A DNA stretch of 58,134 bases, filler included, from Basidiobolus ranarum (Eukaryota): assembly GCA_040143965.1 (NCBI GenBank). It is 8 parts of 8 records of this genome, joined end to end, with 100 filler letters (N's around TTAATTAATTAA, not from the genome) between each part and the next. Parts side by side here need not be neighbours in the genome. Positions count along the whole stretch, not along the records: positions 29,166 to 36,346 come from JASJQH010008043.1; positions 36,447 to 43,620 come from JASJQH010008044.1; positions 43,721 to 50,888 come from JASJQH010008045.1; 5 more parts are not named here. One strand, 5' to 3'. Shown here piece by piece: positions 35,711 through 47,930 of this stretch (the first letter of the stretch is position 1; every line of letters begins with the position of its first letter). The translations under genes and the position numbers were made by a program. Below the pieces are notes generated by a model. The model was not told where the DNA came from and made no database searches. It was given only the letters and a program-made list of their open reading frames with translations.

Positions 35711-36025
35711 TTATACATATATCAGAAGCAGAAAGCAACATATCTATAGCCCCTATATTCTAAATAGGAGTATCTCTATATCTATTTAACAAGTATGTCT
35801 TATTACCCCCACTTATCTATTATATCTTATTACACAAACTCCTAAATATCTCAAACAATTGATTTACATTTTTTTTTATATATAAGTCACCATATACTCT
35901 TAAGAATAAAGTAACTAAAACACACTATTATAAGTTGCTTCTAATACTCAAAGTCTACCCCCATTTTGTCAAGATCCTCCAACAATTCTTGAGAGTACAT
36001 GGTGACTTGTATAGTAGAAAAGTAA

Positions 36026-36346
36026 TGTTAAAGTATTTGGGAGCCTGTTGGAAGTGGTTTGAAGAATTAGGGGAATTGGTGATTTTCACTTATTGATTTA
36101 TTGAGTATTCAGTTAACATTTATAATTTTGTCACAATGTAAACAAACTAACGTGTAGAATGTGTTAAGGAAGGTCCCAGGAACATGTGTGCAGAGTTTGG
36201 GGCTTCTAGCACAAGTTTGAAAAATCTATATATCTGAGAACTTTTAAGTTGGTGTCAATATTCTAAGTAAATTTCGATTGAGAATAATTGATAATATCTT
36301 AGTGAATTAGAAGATAACCAAGTACTAAGCTATATATGACTATATA
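36026..36346. mobile_element. LTR family copy truncated by contig end
   Basis: TGTTAAAGTATTTGGGAGCCTGTTGGAAGTGG..., highly similar to the 47611 copy. Confidence 0.8.
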
Positions 36347-36446
36347 NNNNNNNNNNNNNNNNNNNNNNNNNNNNNNNNNNNNNNNNNNNNTTAATTAATT
36401 AANNNNNNNNNNNNNNNNNNNNNNNNNNNNNNNNNNNNNNNNNNNN
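36347..36446. other. Artificial contig spacer
   Basis: 44N-TTAATTAATTAA-44N. Confidence 0.98.
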
Positions 36447-38761
36447 CCTTCACATTCTTGGGAATACCCCAAGACAGAACAGATTCAACCTTCTTAGGGT
36501 CCATGAAGATGCCTGATGTGCTGATATTATATCCAAGGAATTCAACTTGAGCTTGATGAAATTCACATTTCTCAAGTTTAGCATAGAGACCAGAGGTTTT
36601 CAAATTATCCATGACTAGGGAAATATGAACATCATGTTTGTCTTGAAAGTTTGAGAAGATCAAGATATCATCAAGGTAGATTATCACAAACTGGTCAAGA
36701 AACTCTCTGGAGATATCATTAATCATGTGTTGGAACACTGCAGGGGCATTGGAAAGTCCAAATGGCATGATATTGTATTCAAAGTGTCCATAGTAAGCTT
36801 GGAAGGCAGTTTTCCATTGGTCTCCTGGTTTGATTATTACAAGATTGTAAGCACCTCTTGACTCAACCTTTGCAAATACCTTGGCTGCAGCAAGATGATT
36901 GAAGAGTGAGTTGATTATTGGCAAGAAGTACCAATTTTTGACTGTAATGCTACTTAGGCCTCAATAATCCACACAGAGATGCAGGGGTCCATCCTTTTTC
37001 TTAACAAATAAGATTGGAGAGCCTGCTGCAGGCTTTAAATGTTGAATTAATCCTTTCTCCTGATTTACTGCAATATGCTCTTTCTGAATGGTGAGCTCAG
37101 ATAGGGTAGGCCCATATGTAGGCCCAAATGGTGGTTGTTTTCCTATTTATAGATTTATGGGCAATCACAAGGGTGGTGAGCTAGGAGTAAGTGGATCTTT
37201 TCTTGTCAAAGACATCAGCAAAGGATAAGTGTTTGGGTGGGAGTTTAGGAACTCTAGGCTTTGTTGGTTTCAGCTCTTCAGTAACACTGTAAACGGATGT
37301 TGGCTGCATAGATGTCTTGAGGATTTGAGCTGATGATGGGTTAGTTACTTTACATGTTGGCAAATATGGACTGGGAGGTGGAGCTTGCTTGATCATGATA
37401 ATCTTCTTCCTCCATTTGATTACTGGGTTGTGCATATGCTACAAGATACCAAGGATGACACAATGGTGAGGCAAAGGAATGATATCAAAAGTTATTTCTT
37501 TTTGATGAGCAATGGACATGAGGGTCAAAAAGTTATATCATGTGCTACAGCACCAGATAATGGCAGCCTTCCATCAATTACTTCTACCGGGACCAGACTA
37601 AATTTCTTGATTGTTGGGTTAGCATAGGATCTGACAAAGGCAGAGTCAATAAAACAGGAGGAAGCTCCAGAATCAAGAAGTGCAGTTGTTTTTATTGACT
37701 TGGAAATGGGTAGCAGAAGTGTAACAGGCAGCTTTTATGACTGGTATGACTGCAGAGATTGCAATATATGGTGAAGAAACATTTTTGAAGATGGTTGGCC
37801 CAACTGCCCACCCATTATTGCAGCTAGGTGAGGAAGTTTTCCAATGGTAGGGCAGAAATCTCTTTTACTTGCATATTATTGATCTTAAATCCAGTATTCA
37901 TTTTTGGACCACATCTTAATACATGTCCAGGTGCTCCATAATAAGGGCATAGATTCTCTTATTGGTGTTTATATTCCTCCTCAGGGCTAAGCATTATGAA
38001 TTGAGTTCCATCAATTTGCATTGGATCATCTGCTTGAGCTGAATTTTGTGCTTGATGGGAGGGAGATCTGAAAGCAGTTGAGGAAGGTGAGTAGAAAGGA
38101 GCCATATCACATTACCAATGTCTTTCAAATAATAGGTTGTCACATTCAACTGTCTAATGGATAGCATTAGTCAAGGTCACTAGGCCAGCCATAGTGAGTA
38201 AAAGTTCCTTAATATCTTCTCAAAGTCCATATTGGAACTGGTTGAACAGGGCTGCTTTGACCCAGTTGACATCACAGGCAAGAAGGCAGAATTCTGCAGC
38301 ATAAGTTGATGCAGGCTTTGGCCCTTTTTTATGTTCATGGAGCTTGGTAGCTGAAATTCTTTCCTTTTCTAAATTTTCAAATGTAGGGCCTAGTTCAGCA
38401 AGGAAGGCAAGGAAGTTAGAACAAAGTTGAGATTGACTTTCCATCAAAAAAGCAAACTAAGATAGAGCTGTTACTGATAATACTATCCCAACTAGGCCTA
38501 CTTTTGCTTGGTCAGTGGGGTATCAATTGGGATGCAGCTAGATGATGAGTTTACTTAGTTGATGAAACCACCATAGTTTTGGCAAGTGCCATCAGACCTA
38601 TATGGTAAGGATATTTTTGGCGCAAGAGCTGGACTAGCAGGATAGCTGGGTGGAGCAGGAATCTGTACTTGAGTAAGAGAAGCACAAAATTCCTGGTTTT
38701 CTTGTCAAAGCTGAGCAAGGGCTAGCATGCTATTTTCCAATGTGGGGGCTGGTGCAGGCAT
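36447..38761 (-). mobile_element. Degenerate Ty3/Gypsy (Sushi/Tf2-like) retrotransposon: gag-protease-RT, with stops and frameshifts
   Basis: Gag PKISLP...DGT...GFIN and YAAEF...W...AL..QF..GL; degenerate zinc knuckle LCPYYGAPGHV; protease ALLDSGASSCFIDS; RT WKTAF...GHFEYNIMPFGLSNAPAVFQ...YLDDILIFS...KCEF. Confidence 0.93.
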
Positions 38762-39399
38762 AATATATACTATGGTGGGGAGGAAGCTTAAAACCACAAA
38801 CTTGACTAGGAATGATAATCACAATGATATGTCCAACTCTCTGCTGAAGATATGATTGGCAGCATGACAAAAAAATATGCAAGTATCAATGTCCTTTGAT
38901 TTTGATCCAAAACTAAAGCTTCTTTGACCAATAATACAATGTTCCAGCTATAGTACAAATAAAAAAAACTAGCATCTCATTATGTGTGGTCTCTATTGGG
39001 AAAATATGGGCTGTTTGGATGAACTTTAGAAAAGTGGAGTTGTGAATAGCTTTGGGAGATAATTTTTATTGTCCAGAAATGAAGCATTTATACAAATTGA
39101 TGGAAATACCAACAACTAACACTGGGGTTGTGTTCAAAACATCTGTGGGAGTAAAATGAGCTATCTTTGGGGCAATTTGGACAAGTTTGAAATTTTCAAT
39201 ATGGAATTGCTAATTCTCACATTATTCACATACATATATCATATATATTCCAATTTATAGTCAAGTGATATTTGGGCAAGTAATCTTGACTAACTTAAAT
39301 GTGATATATGAAATAGTTAGGTGTTCAAAGATAGAGATAACATATATGACAAAGGCTATAAACTTCAACAATGCCAAGATCAGAATCATTGCATTGGCT

Positions 39400-40790
39400 C
39401 AAGTACAAGTATCACTGATGGAAATATAAGTCTTGACAAACGCAAACATTTTGGACAACCAACAATCCATAGATGCTAATGTCTATGAATTGGCAACACC
39501 AGAATGTCCTGCAAGTGGTGTTTCATGTCTTTACTCTACAATTTCAAGTCAGGAAGTGAGTTTTAGAATTTAAAGGCACTTTTTATAAAAAAAGAATTCA
39601 TTAAGATGGAGCAATGCTAATACATGTTCAAGCTTGCAAGGCCTTTGGGTGTACCCAGGGCTTTCTTGATTGATATTACCAATGGGTCTTCTGCTTGAAG
39701 TTTACAGACTTCTTTGTGGAATGTCCTAGAACTTGGCAGAGAAATAGGAGTGGCACTAATTTGCAGTTGGTGGGGCTTCAGAAGGGAAGCATTTTGTTGG
39801 CCAAAGGCCTCATCCCCTTCTTTAGGCTGATGGTCTGCTCTACATGATATGGCATCATGTTTTTCTTGCTGGCTACCTGGTCAATATGCAGTTACAAGAT
39901 CAAAACTGGGAAGAAAAAATGACCATCTTGCATGATGATGGTTGATACCTTTTGTAATACTAGAGTACGTAAGATTTTTATGATCACAATAGACTGTAAT
40001 TTTGTGATTTGCTACATCAAAGCATTGTTGCTATTGTTCAAAGGCAGCAATAATCGCTAAGAATTCCTAGTCATAGATATCATAGTTGATTTTAGTAGCA
40101 GAGAACTGTATTGAGTCAAAGACAACAGGGTGAAGTAAGTTATCATCACCTGTCTGTGATAGTGCTGCTTCTAGAGCAAAGTCAGATGCATTAGTTGCAA
40201 TAATGAATGGTTTTTCTGGTTTGGGGTATGCTTGAATTGGTGCTGAGGTAATAGCATTCTTTAAAGTCCAAAAGGCTTCTTAGCAAGATAGGTTCCAGTC
40301 AAATGGGAGTTCTTTCTTTGTAAGGTTTGTTAATGCAGCAGATATTTGGAGTAGTTCTTGACAAGCCATTGGTAAAAGTTTGCAAATCCAAGGCAAGATT
40401 TGACATCCTTCACATTCTTTGGAATATCCCAAGACAGAACAGATTCAACATTCTTAGGGTCCATGGCAATGCCTGATGGGCCGATGTTAGATCCAAGGAA
40501 TTCAACTTGAGCTTGATCAAATTCACATTTCTCAAGTTTAGCATAGAGCCCAGAGGTTTTCAACTTTTCTAGGACTTGGAAAACATGAATATTATGTTCC
40601 TCTTGAGAGCTGGAGAAGACCAAGATATTGTCAAGGTAGATCACCACAAACTGGCCAACATACTCTCTGAAGATATCTTGCATCATGTGTTGAGGACTGC
40701 AGCAGCATTGGTAAGTCTAAACAACAAGACAATGATTTTAAAGTGTCCATAGAAAGCTTGAAAAGCAAATTCCATTGGTCACCTGGTTTG
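39400..40790 (-). mobile_element. Second degenerate Gypsy fragment: RT, RNase H and integrase zinc-finger start
   Basis: RT YLDNILVFS...KCEF...LGFANFY; RNase H TNASDFALEAALSQ...LHPVVF...INYDIYD; H.TPLAGHSG. Left boundary approximate. Confidence 0.88.
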
Positions 40791-41294
40791 TTTCTTCCAC
40801 AATCCCTAACAGAAATTTGAGAATTGTTATTGTAAGAAAACCATCACAATATCAATCCATTGTGGATTGACCATGTAGTTACCATCATAAATCATCAAGT
40901 TAGCATTGATTTTAATCATTTTGTTCAGTTTCAGTAGTGAAATTTAAAGAGCTTGCAAAATAGTTGTGCATGATTTGCCATAATCTCAGAAAACTATGGG
41001 CCAACACATGGTCAGAAAAGAGACCTGGAATTTTACACATTTACCACTTAAACACTAACTGGTACCTCCAAAGTCTCTGGTTTCTTTGAAATATTCTCAT
41101 CAAAAATTTTATAGAGTTCTTCATACCCAAGGTTTAGCTTGTATTTAGTGTGAGTTTGTATCAGTATCTCCATGAATGCCCACCATTGTATTGATGTTGT
41201 AGTGGGTAGCATTGAAGTGGAGTAGCATTGTAGTGGGATAGCATTGCTACCCACTGGCAGCTTGACTTACTTCCAATCCAAACTCATATCATTA

Positions 41295-41890
41295 CCCTGT
41301 ACAAAAATAGAATCAATTTGATTTGGATCAAATTTACCCTTCTGGATTACAAAATTATCACAGAGCTGTCACAATACTGGTGGCTTACATTCTGCCAAGG
41401 ATTTTGATGATGTGATGGTGGCTTCTTGATGGTATTTTAATGGTATTCATACATGTTAAAATATTGATCCTCATATTTTGCATGCATTATTTAATTTCTG
41501 AAAATTTTTGCAAAAATCTAAATTTTGAATGGCAAATTATTGGGTTTACTGGTGTAGCAATTTGAATTAACATGCAAGCCTTTATGTAAATATTTTTGAC
41601 CTTGTATTCTAGCAATAATGAGAATCAAAAAGTACAAGAATTTTGTTGTGTTTACTCTCTACATATGCACATACTTGACTGATCAGACATAACTCAACAA
41701 CATCTATATGCTTTACCATCAAACTAACGGGGAAAAATTGCTAAACATTTGAAATTTTGAATAGCACTGACGCTTGGCAAATAGCTGACTCTTGTTACAA
41801 CTTACAATGAGAATAAGCTCTGGGATTTTGGCAACTTTCCATAAAGAATTCAGCCAATATTCCCTGACTTGCAGTCAACAAATGTCCTGC
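41295..41890 (+). repeat. Unclassified ~600-bp repeat, copy A
   Basis: Colinear diverged direct repeat of 42355-42952 (e.g. GAATAGCACTGAC.CTTGGCAAATAGCTGACTCTTGTTAC and CATAAAGAATTCAGCCAATA). Confidence 0.8.
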
Positions 41891-42354
41891 CACAAGTAGA
41901 TGTGTCACTGCTGGAATAGATTACCCCATGGCTAAAACAATAATACTGCATATCTTGATCTATCTCAACCAACAGTCTCTTGTGCAGCTTTCCTAGAAAT
42001 ATGATCATATCATCACACAAACAAATTAGTCCAAATTATAGAGGTACTTACCCTGTGTCTATTGGTTTGGCTTTGTTGCTGTTATTGTGCTCAAACAATG
42101 CAAAAATCAGTGAGCACATTGAAAAGAGCTTTTTTTTAGAAGGTTGAAATACTCTGGAGTCTCCTTAACCCATTGCATTATCCTCATCACAAATTTTGCT
42201 GATACATTGTTAGTCAGATTAACATATGGTAATGCTGACAGTTCCACACGGACCATCAAGTAAAAGATGCCACAGAGAATGTATTGAATACTAGCATAGA
42301 TTCAGTCTATCTTCTTTAGACCTGTAATAAAGTTTTTCATATCCAATTACAAAA

Positions 42355-42952
42355 TCCCCCTAACAAAAATTATATCAAGTTGATCTGGATTGGATCTGCC
42401 CTCTGAAATAGCAAAACCATCAGAGAACCATCACAATATTGTTTGCTTGCATTCTGCCAGGGATTTTGATTATGTGATGGTGGTTTCTTGATGGTATCTT
42501 AATGGTATTCATGTATGTTAAAATTTTTATCCTTGAATTTGGCATGCATTATTCAATATCCAGCAATTTTTCAAAAATATAATTTTTGAATGGCAAATTA
42601 CTGGATTTACAGCTGTACAAATTCAAATTAATACGCATGCCTTTATTTAGATACATTAGGCTTTGTATTCCAGCCCTAATGAGAATCAAAAAATACAAGA
42701 ATCTTGTTGTGTTTAGTCTCTACATATGAGCATATTTGACTGATTAGACATAACTCAACAACATCAATATGCTTTACCAGCAAACTAATGGTGAAAAAAT
42801 TGCTAAACATCTGAAATTTTGAATAGCACTGACACTTGGCAAATAGCTGACTCTTGTTACTGTTCACAATGAGAAAAGCTCTTGGATTGTGGCAATTTTC
42901 CATAAAGAATTCAGCCAATATGTATCCAACTTGCAGTCAACAAATGTCCTGG
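42355..42952 (+). repeat. Unclassified ~600-bp repeat, copy B
   Basis: Matches copy A; a third partial copy lies at 21881-22020 on another contig. Confidence 0.8.
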
Positions 42953-42954
42953 CA

Positions 42955-43620
42955 CTGTCACAATAAGGAACTGGACAAGGACTGGGAACAATTGGCCCTG
43001 GAAGGTGTTTCTGGCATGTGGCTCTAAGAGAGACACATGGAATACATTGTGGACTTTGAAATGGGCTGGGAGTTCAAGGCAGGAGGCTACTGAATTGATT
43101 TGCTTAATAATCTTAATAGGTCCTAGTCTTTTATGATCAAGTTTATCACAAGGTTTAGTGGTTTTGATATTTTCTGGAGTAGCCAAACATAATCTCCAGG
43201 CTTGAGATTGGGACTTGGCTTTCTTTTCTTATCAGCAAAGTTCTTGTATTGGCATTGAGCATGCTCCAACTCAAATATTAATTGTTTATGGATGTCCTTA
43301 AGGTAAGTGGCATGGTCTGAGACAGCAGGGCAAGGTAGATTGGATGGTGCATGTATTGTGAAATGAGGATGGAATCCATAACTTGCAAGGAAGGGAGTTT
43401 GTTTTGTTAAGGCATGATGAGAGTTGTTGTAAGCAAATTCAGCAAGAGGCAAGTGTTGTGTCCAATTATCTTGACTATAGTTGATAGTGCATCACAAATA
43501 TTGTTCTAAAACTTGATTGACTGTTTCAGTTTGGCCATCAGATTGGGGAAGAAAGGCAGTAGTGAGATTGGCCAAGATACTCAAGGTATGGAGGAGGCTT
43601 TTCCAGTATTTGGAAGCAAA
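42955..43620 (-). mobile_element. Gypsy integrase fragment (catalytic-core end plus GPY/F region)
   Basis: QSDGQTETVNQVLEQYL, W..HLPLAEFAYNNS.H..TKQTPF...YG, KLDHKRLGPIKI...LELP...VHNVFHVSLLEP. Confidence 0.9.
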
Positions 43621-43720
43621 NNNNNNNNNNNNNNNNNNNNNNNNNNNNNNNNNNNNNNNNNNNNTTAATTAATTAANNNNNNNNNNNNNNNNNNNNNNNN
43701 NNNNNNNNNNNNNNNNNNNN
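43621..43720. other. Artificial contig spacer
   Basis: 44N-TTAATTAATTAA-44N. Confidence 0.98.
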
Positions 43721-46392
43721 GGTATGACATCTCCTCTTTATACATGAATCTTTCGGTGGATATTTGATGCTTTCTTTCCACTCTTAGTGGCTTGAGGATT
43801 GGAGTACCCGATCTTCCTTTTGCCATTCATGATTATAGAACTGTGAATATATTAAATTTTCTTCTTCCAGGTCACCTCCACCTAAATTGTACTAATTCGT
43901 TAGTAATGCGCTGAACTAGTACTGGAATCATGCTACTTCTTTGACATGTAGCTCTAACCCATCGTTGATCTCTTTCGAAAGGAAGAAAAGGTAACCATTC
44001 CTAAAGAGCTAAAGTTGAATATGGCGCCAAAGAATAAGCGCTGTATATCAATGCCTTCCTCTCCATTAAAGTAAGCAGAAGGCAGGTTTACTAGAATCCT
44101 ATTGCAAGATAACTCATTTTCATAGACAGCATATCTTTGGGATTTAACTGACCGAAAGCAGAATCGATGATACAGGAACAAATGAGGCAAAAAGGAAACA
44201 ATTATGCTCTAGATAGTAAGTAGTTGAAGAATACTTTCTATCTGTTCAGTAGCGAATCAATTCAAATCAAAAAGGTCACGAGATTTCCTCATGGTTCTAG
44301 TTCGAATGATTATGAAATAATCGAATGGAAATTCATCTGTACATATGGAAAAAGATTAGAAAAGTTCATACCAAATATGGGCAATCTCGTTCCAGAATGA
44401 TTTTTCATCTTAAGATAGCAACATGATTGTTGGTAACGGTCATCACAGCGTGGTTTGGGTGGCGCTCTTAAGTTCGATGAGAGAAACAGTCCGTGCGGGT
44501 CACAAATGTGTATCTGATCTCCGTAGGTAGTAAGGCGCAATGAGAGAGGAGATAAGGTGTTGAAAATATGTCGAGACAACTACCGAACAAAATGAATGTT
44601 GTCTATCTATTTCATCTCGTGGAGGGCCATAATAGCCAAAATAGGCCAATAGTGAAAGCTCGAATAAAGATGTATTAAATAAGAGCTTCTTAGGCAGGGA
44701 GTGAGTTTAGGACTAGATTGCTAACCTTGAAGAAAATACATTTCGAAAACTCAACTTTGTTATGTTGTTCCTGGTTTGATCAGCTTGATATTATTATCAC
44801 GTGAACCCTAAGTGACTTCTGCACACCACCAATGCGATAGCTATGATACTAGGTCCAATGATCAACTATTATGCTGTATTCTCTATCGAAAGGGGCTGAA
44901 CAGCTGAGTGGTTATATCAACTCAGCTTTTGTCAGAGTTAGCTCAAGTTTACATTCCTCAATTGGAATCAATTAATATATGGAAGCTACGCGATTGGTTT
45001 TGTACTATCAATACTTCTAATCGAAACTGTAAAACATTGTTATGTCTCCATAAGAGTATCAGATGCAAGGGTAGGGGGGTGTATAGCACTATGGAGACTC
45101 AAGAAGTTAACTAGATTGAACCTAGAACTAGTGCTTCCTTAACTACTGGAACTTATATATTTTCTGTGGCTCCCTAGGCTTCTGATTTTTAACATTTTTA
45201 TATATAGCATGATTTCAAGTATAAGTACATCAGCTTTGGAATATTTATGCGGTTTGAATTGATGAATTAAATGTTGGAAATTCATCATGTGCCTTGATCT
45301 CTTTGCGGGAAATATGGATAGAATAACAGGATTGAAGTGGTTAAAACAGAGATCAATCAGAATCACAGGCCTTATTCCATAACATATATCTCTCGCAAAC
45401 CCATTTCGTATATGTTTTATTACTCTTTTCTTTTTTACACACTGCAAAGAATTCATATACTTAATGATGTTCCACTGTTCTCCAACAGGTTACTCTGCCT
45501 AGGCACTCTATCTTAATTAGACTTTCACTTTAGGTGGCCCAATTATTAATAGGGACCTGCCATCAGCCACTATTACTTCAAATTGATGATATAGGATTAT
45601 TCTAAGTATTAGTAAATATATAAAGAGTGCAGTCATTAGCTCTTACTTCGTAGTGTCATTGCACTTATACTTTCAAGTGGCGCTTTCTTTAAAAAACACG
45701 GTGGATACGGCAACCCTTTTCGATATTTCAAAGCAACCAATTAGTGGTGTCGAATTATATTGAACATCTTCGCGCAAATGCACCTTTCTTACTCACTATT
45801 ATTTTAGGATTAAATCTCATTGTTGGTATGAGTATCTAGCGTCAAGTTATACCATTTCGAATACCTTGTTGACTCTCAGCACTGCATTCAAAGCATGTGC
45901 TACTCTCTGGATATTTATATGGATTACTCATCTTCTGCAAGTTCACACTTTATATGATGTTGTCTTGATGGAATCTCAAGCTATCAGCTCAGGTATGAGA
46001 AACGACATAGCTACACTGAAAATATGAACTTTTCAAGATATTTCAGACTTTAGTAACACTTGTTAGAAGCCGAAGTATTCAGTCATATTTAGACCAATGC
46101 TACGTTCGACTTTTGGTTTTCATGATACATATTTATGTAATACCAAGGATTCGTATTTATTACAAACCACATTATCCATATAATGAATGAGTAATAGAAT
46201 GTACAGTATATATTCAGGGTTCGTCTACTACAGACGAGTATCCAAGTAAAGTAAAATATCAATAGTAAATCGAACATAAAATAGGTTTCGAATGGTGGGT
46301 ATAATTTTATTAAAGCATCTAAAGAGTCGTTATTTCAAAGTGTGTAACTAATCTATTAAGTGGTATATTAATTTACATATTTTAATGCACTA

Positions 46393-46857
46393 TTACTTTC
46401 TAGAGACTCTAACTAAACGTCTTCTTAATGTCATAGGGCGACCAAAATCCTGAGTCCAATAGCTCCCTTGGGGGTCATACGCCATACCAATTTGAGTGAA
46501 AATTGGGTTTAAAATATTTCTACGGTGTTCGGGTGAGTTCATCCATGCATTCATTACTGATGCCTCGTCGCCGAACCCTGCAGCCACATTCTCACCAATG
46601 TTGCTCCAAACATACCCTGTTTCACTGATTCGCTGGCCTAGTGTTCGATTAGGCTCGTCATGAGTCATTTTGTGAATGGTAGCTTGGAAAAGGGTATGTC
46701 TTTCAGCTGCCAAGGTGAGCCTTGGATCAATGGTCAAGGCTGGAACACCGACCAGTTGACGCTGCTGATTAACTAGAGCGAGTAGTGCATTAGGATCAAA
46801 GGAGAAAGCCACCCCAGAAAAAGCGAAAACGGCTACGAATAAGTTGGAGAACTTCAT
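46393..46857 (-). CDS. Secreted CAP/SCP-domain protein, bacterial YkwD-like subtype (154 aa, intronless)
   Basis: Signal peptide; LVNQQR...L..D.RL..AAERH...MTH...GENVAAG....VMNAWMNSPEHRRNIL...IG....YWTQDFG. Confidence 0.9.
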   Translation of the reverse strand: MKFSNLFVAVFAFSGVAFSFDPNALLALVNQQRQLVGVPALTIDPRLTLAAERHTLFQATIHKMTHDEPNRTLGQRISETGYVWSNIGENVAAGFGDEASVMNAWMNSPEHRRNILNPIFTQIGMAYDPQGSYWTQDFGRPMTLRRRLVRVSRK

Positions 46858-47610
46858 GATTTTGTATACTTCTCTGGAGTAATATAAGTGGTATTTATAT
46901 GTATTTGTCTGTGTGTGTGATCACTTCGGACGGAAATCAAGCATTCTAAAATTGAAATTTCAGGTCTGGAAGACAAAAGTTTAGCCAATGCTCAGTTACT
47001 GTAGGACCCATTGGCCAATGGAAGAAAATCACGATACAACAGTAGTATTGACAAGAATCCCTATTGAATGAACGAGGTTGGCAAGTCTACCAGGGATATT
47101 AGAGAGATCAGTTCCCAAAGGAGTTCAGCCAGGAATAGTGCGAACACGACCAAAAATAGTAACTTCTTTCTATTGCTAAATAAGGAAAAGAAGAATGTTT
47201 AAAATGATATTCAAGTTGGTCCAGTGAAAGAGATGGAGCGATCCAGAACTCCTCAATACACTGAAGTCTCTTCATCAGTAATCAAGTAAATTCAGTAATG
47301 CGTCAGGTACCATATATCATTATTTCAGTTCTATTTGAGTATCTCTAACTATTTGTTGTAATTGTTAACCAACCTAACTAACCTGTTAAACAATGGTAAA
47401 GTTACATCAGAAGCTTTTGGCTTGTTTACGATTTTCACCAGAAAGGATACGAAGAAACTAAACTAAACCTTAATCGGTAAATGCTTCAAGTTAAGTAATG
47501 AATCGACTAACAAAAACGAACTTCAACTACGCTAGTCATATTCCAATATATTTCTCAACAGAAGCTGGAAGCTTACAAAGTAATATGGCAGTTCCGGTAG
47601 ATGATGGCTT

Positions 47611-47930
47611 TGTTAAAGTATTTGGGAGCCTGTTGGAAGTGGTTTGGAGAATTAGAGAAATTGGTGGTTTTCACTTATTGATTTATTGAGTAGAAAGTTG
47701 GCATTTATAGTTTTGTCAAGATGTAAACAAACTAACGTGTAGAATGTGTTAAGGAAGGTCCCAGGAACATTTGTGCAAAGTTTGGGGCTTCTTTGAAAAA
47801 TCTATATATCTGAGAACTTCTAAGTAAATTCCTCATGAGAATAATGGATAATATCTTAGTGAAATATAAGATAACTCAGTACTAAGCTATATATGACTAT
47901 ATAGGTGTTTAGGCAATGCTAATTTCAACA
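47611..47930. mobile_element. Intact solo LTR, 320 bp, perfect 5-bp TSD GGCTT
   Basis: GGCTT|TGTTAAAG...TTTCAACA|GGCTT; TG...CA termini with a short inverted terminal repeat. Confidence 0.9.

Noticed and set aside
42600-42850. Faint resemblance of one frame of the ~600-bp repeat to a piggyBac transposase C-terminal helix
   Set aside because: Multiple stops, no DDD motifs and no TTAA/TIR ends seen.
43721-43826. Minus-strand frame MAKGRSGTPILKPLRVERKHQISTERFMYKEEMSY open to the contig edge
   Set aside because: Could be a gene start but is too short, and no family is recognised.
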